Below, piece after piece: positions 1 to 8,187 of a stretch of DNA of 34,896 bases. The position numbers and the translations under genes are program-made. Within the stretch, counting starts at the first letter, position 1. Every line of letters begins with the position of its first letter. Where the stretch lies: positions 29,176 through 64,071 of the forward strand of contig MGAO01000043.1 of NCBI GenBank assembly GCA_001788215.1, given 5' to 3'. Source of the stretch: Candidatus Roizmanbacteria bacterium RIFCSPLOWO2_01_FULL_40_14 (lineage in GTDB: Bacteria > Patescibacteriota > Microgenomatia > GCA-001788215 > 2-01-FULL-40-14). The notes under the pieces were generated by a model. The model had not been told where the DNA came from. It ran no database searches and saw only the letters and a list, made by a program, of their open reading frames with translations.

Positions 1-1075
1 TTCCTAAATGGCCGCACGGACAGGGATTTGCTGCTGCTATCAGAATAAACTGCGCCGGATAGGTTACTTGTCCGGCTGCACGCGCTATGGAAACAATACC
101 GTCCTCTAAAGGCTGACGCAGCGCTTCGAGAACAGTTCGAGGAAATTCGGGCAACTCGTCCAAAAATAATACGCCTCGATGCGCCAATGAAATTTCACCC
201 GGCATGGGATTACTCCCACCGCCAATAAGTCCAATTCGAGAAGTGGTATGGTGAGGTGATCTAAACGGGCGTGATTTTACGACAGATTCACCGGGAGGTA
301 AATTTCCCGTAATTGAATATATCTTGGTCACTTCAAGCGCTTCCAACTCAGTAAGCGTGGGGAGAATAGAGGGAAATGCGCGCGATAACATCGTTTTACC
401 GGCCCCGGGAACTCCTTTCAGTAGGACATTATGTCCACCCGCTGCTGCTATCTCGAGTCCCCGTTTCGCCTGTTCTTGCCCTTTTACATCTGCCATATCA
501 AATACTGCATGCGTCTCTGTTTGAAGGGATGAAAATAAAATATGCGGCTCAGATGATATTTCAATAGTATTGGTCAAATAGCCGAATATTGTTAAGAGCG
601 AATCAAATCCGAATATTGAAATACCGGATATAATCGCCGCCTCTTTTGCATTTGATTTCGGCAGAAATAGCCGTTTGAATTTTTTCTCTCGTGCCATAAT
701 AGCAAGAGGCAATACGCCATTGGTATGCCGTACCGTTCCATCAAGAGATAATTCACCAATAACAATAGCGTCTGAAGTATCTGCGGCCAGTTGTTCAGAA
801 GCGAGCAATATTCCCAACGCAATAGGTAAATCATAGGAGGGGCCTGCCTTCGGGAGATCTGCAGGTGCTAGATTAACAATGATACGATACGCGGGGAACT
901 CAGCATTAATATTTAAAATGGCTGATCGGACACGTTCTTTTGCTTCTGAAACCGCTTTGTCGGGAAGACCGACGATCGTGAAAGAAGGAAGACCTTTTTT
1001 AATTACCGTTACTTCGACTTCAACAGGGACCGCGGTAAGTCCCACTATTGCTCCCGATGTTACTTTAGCAATCAT
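1..1075 (-). CDS. comM: YifB/ComM family Mg-chelatase-like AAA+ ATPase (runs off the window start)
   Basis: Not in the ORF track because it has no stop in the window. Manual translation from ATG 1075 gives [22 protein letters not shown]...[22 protein letters not shown]...[18 protein letters not shown]...RPFRSPHHT...[20 protein letters not shown]...LRQPLEDG...AANPCPCG. Confidence 0.95.
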   Translation of the reverse strand, partial: MIAKVTSGAIVGLTAVPVEVEVTVIKKGLPSFTIVGLPDKAVSEAKERVRSAILNINAEFPAYRIIVNLAPADLPKAGPSYDLPIALGILLASEQLAADTSDAIVIGELSLDGTVRHTNGVLPLAIMAREKKFKRLFLPKSNAKEAAIISGISIFGFDSLLTIFGYLTNTIEISSEPHILFSSLQTETHAVFDMADVKGQEQAKRGLEIAAAGGHNVLLKGVPGAGKTMLSRAFPSILPTLTELEALEVTKIYSITGNLPPGESVVKSRPFRSPHHTTSRIGLIGGGSNPMPGEISLAHRGVLFLDELPEFPRTVLEALRQPLEDGIVSIARAAGQVTYPAQFILIAAANPCPCGHLG

Positions 1076-1125
1076 TGAAAAAAGTATATCAAAAAATTGA
1101 ATGGAAAATCGATATCAAAAGCGTA

Positions 1126-1392
1126 CTACTTTTCTTTCGTCTTTTGATACCACGTAAAAAGATCGGCGGCTGGTTTATTGATTTCGGGTAATATCTTTAG
1201 TAATTTATTCCGAATAGAAAGGGATGTTATTTCTTTCTCTCCTTGTGACGTTAGCCATTCGTTAATTCTGCTGACGACCTGTTTTGTTTGTTCACTGGTC
1301 AGACCCGCTGCTCCCATGACCCGCGCTATTTTAACTTCACTAAATAGTTCCTTCGATCCATCTCGTTTTATAACAATATATTTTTCCATCAT
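1126..1392 (-). CDS. Stand-alone ATP-cone domain protein
   Basis: N-terminal VIKRDGSKELFSEVKI is the ATP-cone signature (VxKRDG..E.F...KI); 88 aa with no other domain. Confidence 0.8.
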   Translation of the reverse strand: MMEKYIVIKRDGSKELFSEVKIARVMGAAGLTSEQTKQVVSRINEWLTSQGEKEITSLSIRNKLLKILPEINKPAADLFTWYQKTKEK

Positions 1393-1473
1393 CCTATCCT
1401 ACCAAATAACAAATAATAGAACAATAAGACTCACCCGCATATTCTCTTTCGAGCTGAGCGGGTTGATATAATT

Positions 1474-1482
1474 TGATATACT
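1474..1482 (+). promoter_or_regulatory. Extended -10 promoter of rnpB
   Basis: TG-A-TATACT, ending 7 nt before the predicted 5' end of RNase P RNA. Confidence 0.6.
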
Positions 1483-1488
1483 ACACAT

Positions 1489-1876
1489 GAGGATACCGGA
1501 TAATCACCCGCTCAGGATTAGGCACTCTGTGCCTAGCTCTGAGCGGGAGGAAAGTCCAGACAGCATGAATATGTGGGGTGGCGACGTAAGTCGCCTAGTC
1601 GTAAGACAGGGTGTCCCACTCAGGAAACTGAGCGGGGACAGATACTGAATTAACCGTATCTGAGAGCCATAGAGACGAGCTAGATCCTAAACCTTCCGAT
1701 TCGGAGGACACGGAACTAGAATGTGAGACGATAGCAATCCCACCCGCTGCAACCACCGATCGGCTCGTCATACCGTTTGCATATTCCGGAAGAGCCAAAG
1801 CTTGTGGGCATAGACAAATGATTATTTATCCTGAGTTTATCGAAGGAAAAACAGAATCTGGCTTACGAGTATCCTC
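1489..1876 (+). ncRNA. rnpB: RNase P RNA
   Basis: CR-I GAGGAAAGTCCAGA and CR-V ACAGAATCTGGCTTA (P4 with compensatory changes); P1 GAGGATAC/GTATCCTC; P2 ATAATCA/TGATTAT; CR-IV TAGACAAATG; P8/P9 with GTAA tetraloops. Confidence 0.93.
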
Positions 1877-2009
1877 TAGAGATTCTTTCCAAACTGAAAA
1901 CTTTGAAGTTTGGAATTAGAATCTCTTGAGTCCTTCCGAAATGAGTACTTCAGCAGCGTGGACGTAGACCACGGGCTGAACACGAATGAAGGAGGACACT
2001 TTACATCGA

Positions 2010-2127
2010 AAAGCCGAGTGCTAAGATATGGCGGGCAACATGATAATCCCAAATCTAATTCGAACGTGAGTAAAGTTGAGCATCTCCCAGAATAGAACAG
2101 AAAGCCGAGTGCTAAGATAGGACGGGC
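2010..2127. repeat. 27-nt direct repeat, two copies, period 91 nt
   Basis: AAAGCCGAGTGCTAAGATATGGCGGGC (2010-2036) and AAAGCCGAGTGCTAAGATAGGACGGGC (2101-2127), 25/27 identical. Confidence 0.9.
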
Positions 2128-2132
2128 TATAT

Positions 2133-3119
2133 TCAAGAACTTTTTTCAGGAGTATTCAGAGGTCGTATCGTTTCTTCAAATAATACTTGAAGACATACGA
2201 AAAAAGGAACGGCGAGAATCGCGCCGATAAATCCGGCCAGTCGCGCTCCAATAAGAATAGAAATAATACTCACCATGGGAGGAACGCCGACGGCACGTTT
2301 CATAACCAGCGGAACTGCTAAATGGTTTTCTATTTGTTGCACTATAAAATAAAGTAGTGCAACAGCGGCTGCTAACCATGGTGAAATCAACGATGCAACA
2401 ATAATAGCGGGAATAGCCGAAATGATTGGTCCTACCATGGGTACAATCTCAAGAAATCCGGCTAAAATAGCAAGAGGCAACGCAAAGTCTATGCGCAGTA
2501 ACACAAGACCAGTATATGTTAAGAGACCAATTAAAATCATCAACGAAATTTGACCGCGTGTCCAGGCACCGAGCCGGTCTTCAATTTTGAGCAGTACTTG
2601 CACAATACGCTCTTTATATTCTTCTCCGAGAAGATTTCTTAAAAATATGCGCAGATGACGTCGTTCAAGAAGCATATAAAAGGTGAGAGCAAAAAAGGTA
2701 AATACATTGACGAGCGATGAAACAATGCCGAACGTCGCTTTTACAATATTTCCTGAAAGTGAAGTGAGTTGATCAGTAAGCCGTGTCGGTGAAATATCAA
2801 TATACGGCGAAATATTTTCAATCACATTTCCAAGGACTAATACTAATCGTTCTGTTTCTCGTCCGAGTATGGGCGCAATGCCGGCTACGGTAAAAAAGAC
2901 AAAGGCTATCAATGCTGAATACACAATAAGAATTGCGACAATGCGCGGCATTTTGAAAGATTCTAGTGCGTCAACAGGTGCTCGTAAACCAGAAGCGGCA
3001 ATAACAGAGAGTGAAACCAGAAAAACTATCTCACGAATCTGGACAACAAGCCAGAGTAGCAGTAAAACTCCAATGGTAAAAAGAATTGTTTTATATGATA
3101 TTTCAACACGTTGCACCAT
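2133..3119 (-). CDS. AI-2E (PerM) family transporter
   Basis: Multi-TM 328 aa with motifs GFLEIVPMVGP, QQIENH..P.VM and GFIGAILAVP. Confidence 0.9.
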   Translation of the reverse strand: MVQRVEISYKTILFTIGVLLLLWLVVQIREIVFLVSLSVIAASGLRAPVDALESFKMPRIVAILIVYSALIAFVFFTVAGIAPILGRETERLVLVLGNVIENISPYIDISPTRLTDQLTSLSGNIVKATFGIVSSLVNVFTFFALTFYMLLERRHLRIFLRNLLGEEYKERIVQVLLKIEDRLGAWTRGQISLMILIGLLTYTGLVLLRIDFALPLAILAGFLEIVPMVGPIISAIPAIIVASLISPWLAAAVALLYFIVQQIENHLAVPLVMKRAVGVPPMVSIISILIGARLAGFIGAILAVPFFVCLQVLFEETIRPLNTPEKSS

Positions 3120-3201
3120 GCCATACGTAGTTTAGATGAGAATGTGTATTTTTGCAAGCTGACAGCTTCGTCTGATACAATAGAGTAATCTGAAGGGTAA
3201 A

Positions 3202-3287
3202 GGAGGGTTGGCTGAGCGGTTCAAAGCGGCGGTCTCGAAAACCGTTCTCTCGTAAGAGAGGCACAGGTTCGAATCCTGTACCCTCCG
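3202..3287 (+). tRNA. tRNA-Ser(CGA)
   Basis: Acceptor GGAGGGT/ACCCTCC, anticodon loop CT-CGA-AA, long variable arm, GGTTCGAATCC, G discriminator. Confidence 0.95.
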
Positions 3288-3292
3288 CATTT

Positions 3293-3613
3293 ATGAAACT
3301 ATTGCGCGATTATCAAAAAGAGGTTGAAGAGCTAACAATTAAATTTAATTTTAATTGGTCAACATATGTTGAATTTATTCATTTAGTAGAAGAGGTTGGA
3401 GAACTCGGAGAAGCTTTAACTGTTCATCACGGCGACAGACAAGAAGGGGATGGTCAACAAGCGTTAGCTGATCACAATGATATAGAGGAAGAAATTGGGG
3501 ATATACTGTTTACGCTGTTAGCGTTAACCAACCAGTTAAATATTGATTCATCAAATAGTCTTGAGAAAGCATTTAAAAGATATAAGGGAAAAATTATCAA
3601 ATCACAAAAATGA
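3293..3613 (+). CDS. MazG-like nucleotide pyrophosphohydrolase
   Basis: LVEEVGEL ... EEEIGDILF motifs. Confidence 0.88.
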   Translation: MKLLRDYQKEVEELTIKFNFNWSTYVEFIHLVEEVGELGEALTVHHGDRQEGDGQQALADHNDIEEEIGDILFTLLALTNQLNIDSSNSLEKAFKRYKGKIIKSQK

Positions 3614-4062
3614 AAAAAGAATTTTCAGCGGGAGGCATTGTATTCAAAAGATCAACAGATCAAAAGATCAAAGGAGCAAATATTCTTTGGTTAATCTGTC
3701 AGCATTCGCAACATAAAGGTTGGGTATTCCCGAAAGGATTGATCGGTGATTCAATTGACAATGAATCGCGTGAAGATACGGCTGTTCGTGAAGTAAAAGA
3801 AGAAACGGGGACTGATGCAGAGATTATAAGGCAATTGCCAACACCGATACAATACTGGTATCAACTTAAAGGTCAGAAAATATTTAAGACCGTTTATTTC
3901 TATCTCATGAAGCATCTCGGAGGAGATTTTAAAGATCGGGACCATGAAATGATGGATGTACGTTGGTCGACAGAAGAAGAAGTAAAAAAAACGTTAACCT
4001 ATGACAATGACAAGAAAGCGTTTGAAGAAGCATTGAAGATATTTCAACAATTGTCACCCTGA
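3610..4062 (+). CDS. NUDIX hydrolase
   Basis: SAGGIV, WVFPKG and Nudix box G...ESREDTAVREVKEETG. Confidence 0.92.
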   Translation: MKKEFSAGGIVFKRSTDQKIKGANILWLICQHSQHKGWVFPKGLIGDSIDNESREDTAVREVKEETGTDAEIIRQLPTPIQYWYQLKGQKIFKTVYFYLMKHLGGDFKDRDHEMMDVRWSTEEEVKKTLTYDNDKKAFEEALKIFQQLSP

Positions 4063-4078
4063 GCAAAACGAAGGATCT
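4052..4078 (+). repeat. REP-like element (GTCAYCCTGAG-N5-CGAAGGATC family)
   Basis: TGTCACCCTGAGCAAAACGAAGGATCT; related copies at 1828-1847 and, inverted, at 29708-29737. Confidence 0.6.
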
Positions 4079-4103
4079 ATACAATTTTTGTTTTAATTTT
4101 TTC

Positions 4104-4176
4104 GTTCCCGTAGCTTAACTGGATAGAGTACAGCCCTCCGAAGGCTGTGATGCGAGTTCAACTCTCGCCGGGAACA
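4104..4176 (+). tRNA. tRNA-Arg(CCG)
   Basis: Acceptor GTTCCCG/CGGGAAC, anticodon arm CAGCC-CT CCG AA-GGCTG, T arm GCGAG-TTCAACT-CTCGC. Confidence 0.93.
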
Positions 4177-4196
4177 CCTGATATACTATGTCATCT

Positions 4197-4282
4197 GGAG
4201 AGGTGCGAGAACGGCTAATCGGTACGCCTGGAAAGCGTATGCCCTTCGGGGCTTGCAGGTTCGAGTCCTGTCCTCTCCGCCA
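4197..4282 (+). tRNA. tRNA-Ser(GGA)
   Basis: Acceptor GGAGAGG/CCTCTCC, anticodon arm TACGC-CT GGA AA-GCGTA, variable arm GCCC-TTCG-GGGC, encoded CCA. Confidence 0.95.
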
Positions 4283-4415
4283 GAAGCGATGCTGTCATCC
4301 TCAAACATACGAATAGATTGATATAAAGAGCTAATTACCTTTTTTATCATAAAATGTTAATCCTGCTCCAGTAATCTTTTTGGTGTTATTTAGCCTTAAA
4401 AAGTGTTCGAATCTC

Positions 4416-4434
4416 ACTCTCTTCGAGAGTTTTT
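4416..4434 (+). terminator. Probable intrinsic terminator after the tRNAs
   Basis: ACTCTC-TTC-GAGAGT followed by TTTT. Confidence 0.45.
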
Positions 4435-4452
4435 GAAGCTCATACGATGATT

Positions 4453-5234
4453 CTATAAATGCTCGTCCTTAACAACCTTGGGAAGATTATCCCAGATAGA
4501 TCGCCACATAAAAGTCATTAGGTCTACAATTTCCTTACTCTCAATAATTACCCCCATAAATGGTGTTTGCATCTTAAAGATCCATATTTTGGTTCCACAA
4601 ATTAATATGAGTGCTTCAAAATCGTTTCTTGGAGGAAGTAACTTAATTTCTCGAAAATCGGTATCGCTAGTTGCAGTTCTACTCCAATGAGAAGGGAATT
4701 TATTAGAGATTATATATATCTTTGAGTTTTTAATTTGTCTTCTATAGTGAGTTAATTTTCGTGTGAATACTTGATCTCCAATAAAGTTATAAAAATTTTC
4801 AACATCTCCTATTTGATAGGCGACATTATTATCTCGTAATGTTCTAAAAAAATCTTTTTTCAGATTCCATATATTTTCAGCCCTTCGTAAATTTCAATTT
4901 TCGATATATTGGCTTTATTGTTTATCACTGCTTTTAATTGAGGTACTATTGTTTCTAACTCTTTCTGACACTCGTGCCATTTCTCTTGATTAGTCTTGAC
5001 AATATCAATCAGTACATCAGGATCAACAGCTTTATATATTTTTTCTTTCTGAATCTTGCCTTCTGATAACAAACCTTTCTCTTTAAGATTAGAAACACAG
5101 GAATAGGTAGTTGTCCTTTTTATGCCTGCATTTTTTGCTAGGGTAGTAATAGTAACGGGCCCGTTTCTTAAAGCTACTATATATAACTTAGCCTCATTAT
5201 CGGTTAATCCAATTTTTTTAAGAATTTTCTTCAT
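4453..5234 (-). pseudogene. TrmB-family transcriptional regulator, frameshifted at ~4881
   Basis: N-terminal wHTH (IGLTDNEAKLY...AGIKRTTTY) stops at 4860. The -1 frame continues open from 4881 to TAG 4453 (AENIWNL...GVIIESKEIVDLMTFMWRSIW), resembling a TrmB C-terminal domain. Confidence 0.8.
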
Positions 5235-5335
5235 AACGACGACGACTATCGTCAAAGAATGGTAAGTAAATTAGATTGTTATTATAACATAATTCTATTA
5301 TATACGAACTATTTTAGACGTATTATTAGAAGTTA

Positions 5336-5363
5336 TTGACTCACAGCAAGGAAAAAGTAAAAT
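5336..5363 (+). promoter_or_regulatory. Sigma70-like promoter
   Basis: TTGACT-N16-TAAAAT, 10 nt before ATG 5374. Confidence 0.5.
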
Positions 5364-5373
5364 AAGCATTCAT

Positions 5374-6033
5374 ATGCAAAAGACTAAACTCTTTTGGTAC
5401 GTATTAACTATCGCTCCAATACTCTTATTGGTTATCGGCTATTTGTATCCTAGTTCATTTTTCTCCAACCAGCAAAAACTGAGAAACTTTATTGTCTCTT
5501 TTGGGTCTATGGCACCTCTGGTTTTTATAACCATACAAATTATCCAAGCAGTTTTAACACCCATTAGTCACTATGTAGTTGGGCTATTAGGAGGGTTTAT
5601 GTTTGGTGTATGGCCAGGATTTTTATATAACTGGATCGGGAGAATGATTGGATCATTAATTGCATTTTATCTTGGCAGAAAGTTTGGAAGAAATATTGTT
5701 AAGCATGTTGTGAAGGAAAAAAATATAGATAAGTACGATAATTTTTTTGCAAAAGGAGCACTTGTCCTTTTTCTCATGTATTTTTTACCTGCATTTCCCG
5801 ACGATGAACTTTCTTATTTAGCTGGATTTTCTACTATGAAGGCACAAGTTTATATCCCTATTATGATGATTGGTCATGTTGGTGGTAGTTTGGGACTTGC
5901 CTATGCAGGAAACGGAATTTCTTACAAAGATCCATTATTTATTTTTCTGTCTCTAGTAACATTCTTGGGAGGGGCGGTTTTTGTCTTCAATTATAAAAAA
6001 TTACAGATCACTCATAGTATATATGATAAATAG
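5374..6033 (+). CDS. TVP38/TMEM64 (DedA/VTT-domain) membrane protein
   Basis: GGFMFG...G...G..IAFYLGRKFG and LPAFPDDELSYLAG motifs. Confidence 0.88.
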   Translation: MQKTKLFWYVLTIAPILLLVIGYLYPSSFFSNQQKLRNFIVSFGSMAPLVFITIQIIQAVLTPISHYVVGLLGGFMFGVWPGFLYNWIGRMIGSLIAFYLGRKFGRNIVKHVVKEKNIDKYDNFFAKGALVLFLMYFLPAFPDDELSYLAGFSTMKAQVYIPIMMIGHVGGSLGLAYAGNGISYKDPLFIFLSLVTFLGGAVFVFNYKKLQITHSIYDK

Positions 6034-6871
6034 AGAGCTGCTTACTCATGAAGATTTTCGTCCTCCATCGGAAGAATACGTGGAGGCAGTAAATAATTTT
6101 TTTGAAATAGAAAGTGATCAGGTGTTGAATTTTAATTTATTACCAAAGCGAATTCCTCTTCAAAAGCTTTGGCAAGAAGCTTTACCACTTATCGATCAAA
6201 ACCCTCAAGATAGGGAACTATACATTGGATGGGATTTAATTGATAGGAAACTTCAGATAACTGAAGTAACCGAAGGCTTAAAATACGAAGAAATTGTCCA
6301 AGATCCTATCCAAAAGAGCTTGAGTTTTCAAACAGGTGGAGAATTACAGCCGCTGAATACTCATTTAATAGATTTTCATACCCATCCTTTCGTTCCTGAT
6401 TTAGAGCGATCAACTCGTAAAAAACATTTACAAATTTATAGAATGCCACGATCTACTGTTTCTGACCTATTTGGTTTTTCTAAAGATTCAGGACGTCTTG
6501 CACGAGTAATAGTTGATATATCGCAAAGGAAAAATGAGAAAGTTGGTTCATCTTTCGTTGCAATGAAAACAACCGCTTCATGGAATACAAACCAGCCAGG
6601 ATGGCAGACTTATCTTTGGGAACTTCTGAATTCGGAATACTTGGGTCTCCCCATTCATATCCATGAAACCGTGGATGAAGTATTTTGTGGTCATCTTGTA
6701 ATTGAAAGAAGACTTCAGCCAGATGAACAATGGAGTAGAACAGCAGGTTTAGCAATTTACCGAGGGCTAGTTTGGGAAGATACTGACAAACCTCAGTATG
6801 CGATAAGATATGATGAATTTTATCGACGGCTTTTAGCCATGAAGAAAAGTAGGTTTTTCGGACTGTTATAA
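6023..6871 (+). CDS. Hypothetical protein with JAB/MPN-like HxH...SxxD motif
   Basis: Long ORF, probable ATG 6023 overlapping the upstream stop; IDFHTHP...STVSDL. Confidence 0.65.
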   Translation: MINRELLTHEDFRPPSEEYVEAVNNFFEIESDQVLNFNLLPKRIPLQKLWQEALPLIDQNPQDRELYIGWDLIDRKLQITEVTEGLKYEEIVQDPIQKSLSFQTGGELQPLNTHLIDFHTHPFVPDLERSTRKKHLQIYRMPRSTVSDLFGFSKDSGRLARVIVDISQRKNEKVGSSFVAMKTTASWNTNQPGWQTYLWELLNSEYLGLPIHIHETVDEVFCGHLVIERRLQPDEQWSRTAGLAIYRGLVWEDTDKPQYAIRYDEFYRRLLAMKKSRFFGLL

Positions 6872-6960
6872 AAATGAGTATTTTCTCAACTACAAAAAGT
6901 TTATTGTTTTAATATCTATATCAAGTTCTTTCGTTCAATTTAATTTTTTCGTATAATATC

Positions 6961-7092
6961 CTTGGGAGAAACCGTTGTACTTTGAGGTTAGAAATTGACT
7001 ATCTTTAGCTTCGTTATGCTCTGGGTAGGCAAGCATTATTTTGCAGACCCAAGGCAGGAAGTGTTCGAAACAAAGTGCATCCTCCCCGCAAG
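6961..7092 (+). ncRNA. Candidate structured RNA (6S-like rod, or leader of the MFS gene)
   Basis: TATAAT at 6952-6957. End-to-end pairing: CTTGGGAG/CTCCC..CAAG, TGTACTTTG/CAAAGTGCA, central bubble, GCTTC/GAAGT, TGGGT/ACCCA, GCAA/TTGC. Confidence 0.5.
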
Positions 7093-7103
7093 ATTTACTC
7101 ATA

Positions 7104-7724
7104 ATGAAACGACGTTCTATTAAACTGCACCATTATTTTCTGTTGGATATTAACCCAGTTATTCGCTTTCTTATTTTGTCTGATACCGTTCTGATTGGAG
7201 CCGCAGGGCTACTTGGACCCATCTTTGCTCTCTTTATTGAAGAATTTATTCAAGGAGGCAATGAAGCTATTGCCGGACTTGCCGCGGGTATTTATCTTTT
7301 TACCAAAAGTCTTATGCAAATCCCCGTTGCGCATATCATTGATAAAGTTCGAGGTGAAAAAGATGATTTCTGGTTAATGTTTGTTTTTACATTACTTATT
7401 GCGTTTACTCCGCTATTATATCTTTTTATTAATACGCCGATGCAACTCTATATTGTCCAATTTATTCTCGGACTTTTTTCGGCATTCACCTTTCCAAGCT
7501 ATATGGCGATATTTACCCGGCATATTGATAAGACAAAGGAGGGAACTGAATGGGGTATTTATTTTACGCTGACCGACTTAATTAGCGCTGCTTTTGCAGC
7601 CGTTGGTGGCTATATAGCAGTTTCTGAAGGGTTTCCAACCTTAATCATTTCAGTTGTGATTTTGTCAATTATTGGTGCACTGCTTTTATTACCGATCAAA
7701 CCCTATATTAAAATTTTCCGCTGA
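7104..7724 (+). CDS. Half-size MFS transporter (about 6 TM)
   Basis: Hydrophobic 206 aa from ATG 7104; GLLGPIFALF, motif-A-like AHIIDKVRG, KEGTEWG. Confidence 0.8.
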   Translation: MKRRSIKLHHYFLLDINPVIRFLILSDTVLIGAAGLLGPIFALFIEEFIQGGNEAIAGLAAGIYLFTKSLMQIPVAHIIDKVRGEKDDFWLMFVFTLLIAFTPLLYLFINTPMQLYIVQFILGLFSAFTFPSYMAIFTRHIDKTKEGTEWGIYFTLTDLISAAFAAVGGYIAVSEGFPTLIISVVILSIIGALLLLPIKPYIKIFR

Positions 7725-7773
7725 TTTTATTCTTCATCTATTTATTTTTATCCGTAATTGATATGATGTGTTT

Positions 7774-8187
7774 ATGGCCGGAAAAACAGGGTATGTACTA
7801 TTGTATAGTGGAATAATCGTTGTCATCTTTGCTGCCGTAAGTATGGTTTTGGCATTAACGGCAACTATTAAACCCGTACAATTTTACCAGCCCGAAGATA
7901 TATCCCTTGATTTCTCACGTATGGTTCCTTCCTATCAAATTCCTGGTTTGCCTGAAGCAATACGTCCTGATGAAAATCTCAACACTGATTTAGCTTCTTC
8001 TGAAGTGTTGAGCGATTCGTTTAATTTACTAATCCATATGTTTCTCATGGGATTTCTCGTGAATGTCGGTACGAAGTTGGCTACTCTTGGAGGTAATCTG
8101 GTCCGTCCTATTGTCGTTAAAGTAAACAAACAAGAACAAGTCATTTCACCAAAACAACCGGATAATTCTGCCAATTCACCACAGTGA
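7774..8187 (+). CDS. Hypothetical membrane protein (2 TM)
   Basis: Two hydrophobic segments; TGATATGAT extended -10 ends 6 nt before ATG 7774. Confidence 0.7.
   Translation: MAGKTGYVLLYSGIIVVIFAAVSMVLALTATIKPVQFYQPEDISLDFSRMVPSYQIPGLPEAIRPDENLNTDLASSEVLSDSFNLLIHMFLMGFLVNVGTKLATLGGNLVRPIVVKVNKQEQVISPKQPDNSANSPQ

Noticed and set aside
1957-1973. CGTGG..CCACG stem resembling pistol ribozyme P1
   Set aside because: No pseudoknot partner or conserved AAA linker; no hammerhead or HDV core was seen either.
2010-2127. CRISPR array or complete CIRCE operator
   Set aside because: Only two repeat copies with a 64-nt spacer and no cas genes; the TTAGCACTC half required 9 nt upstream of GAGTGCTAA is missing.
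1595-2136. Short ORFs 1595-1798, 1876-2136 and 1910-2095
   Set aside because: They overlap rnpB or the structured repeat tract and show no protein motifs.
7080-7091. Possible attR duplication of the tRNA-Ser 3' end (TCCTCCCCGCAA vs TCCTCTCCGCCA)
   Set aside because: Only 10/12 identity, no integrase present, and the sequence is better explained as the 3' arm of the candidate RNA.
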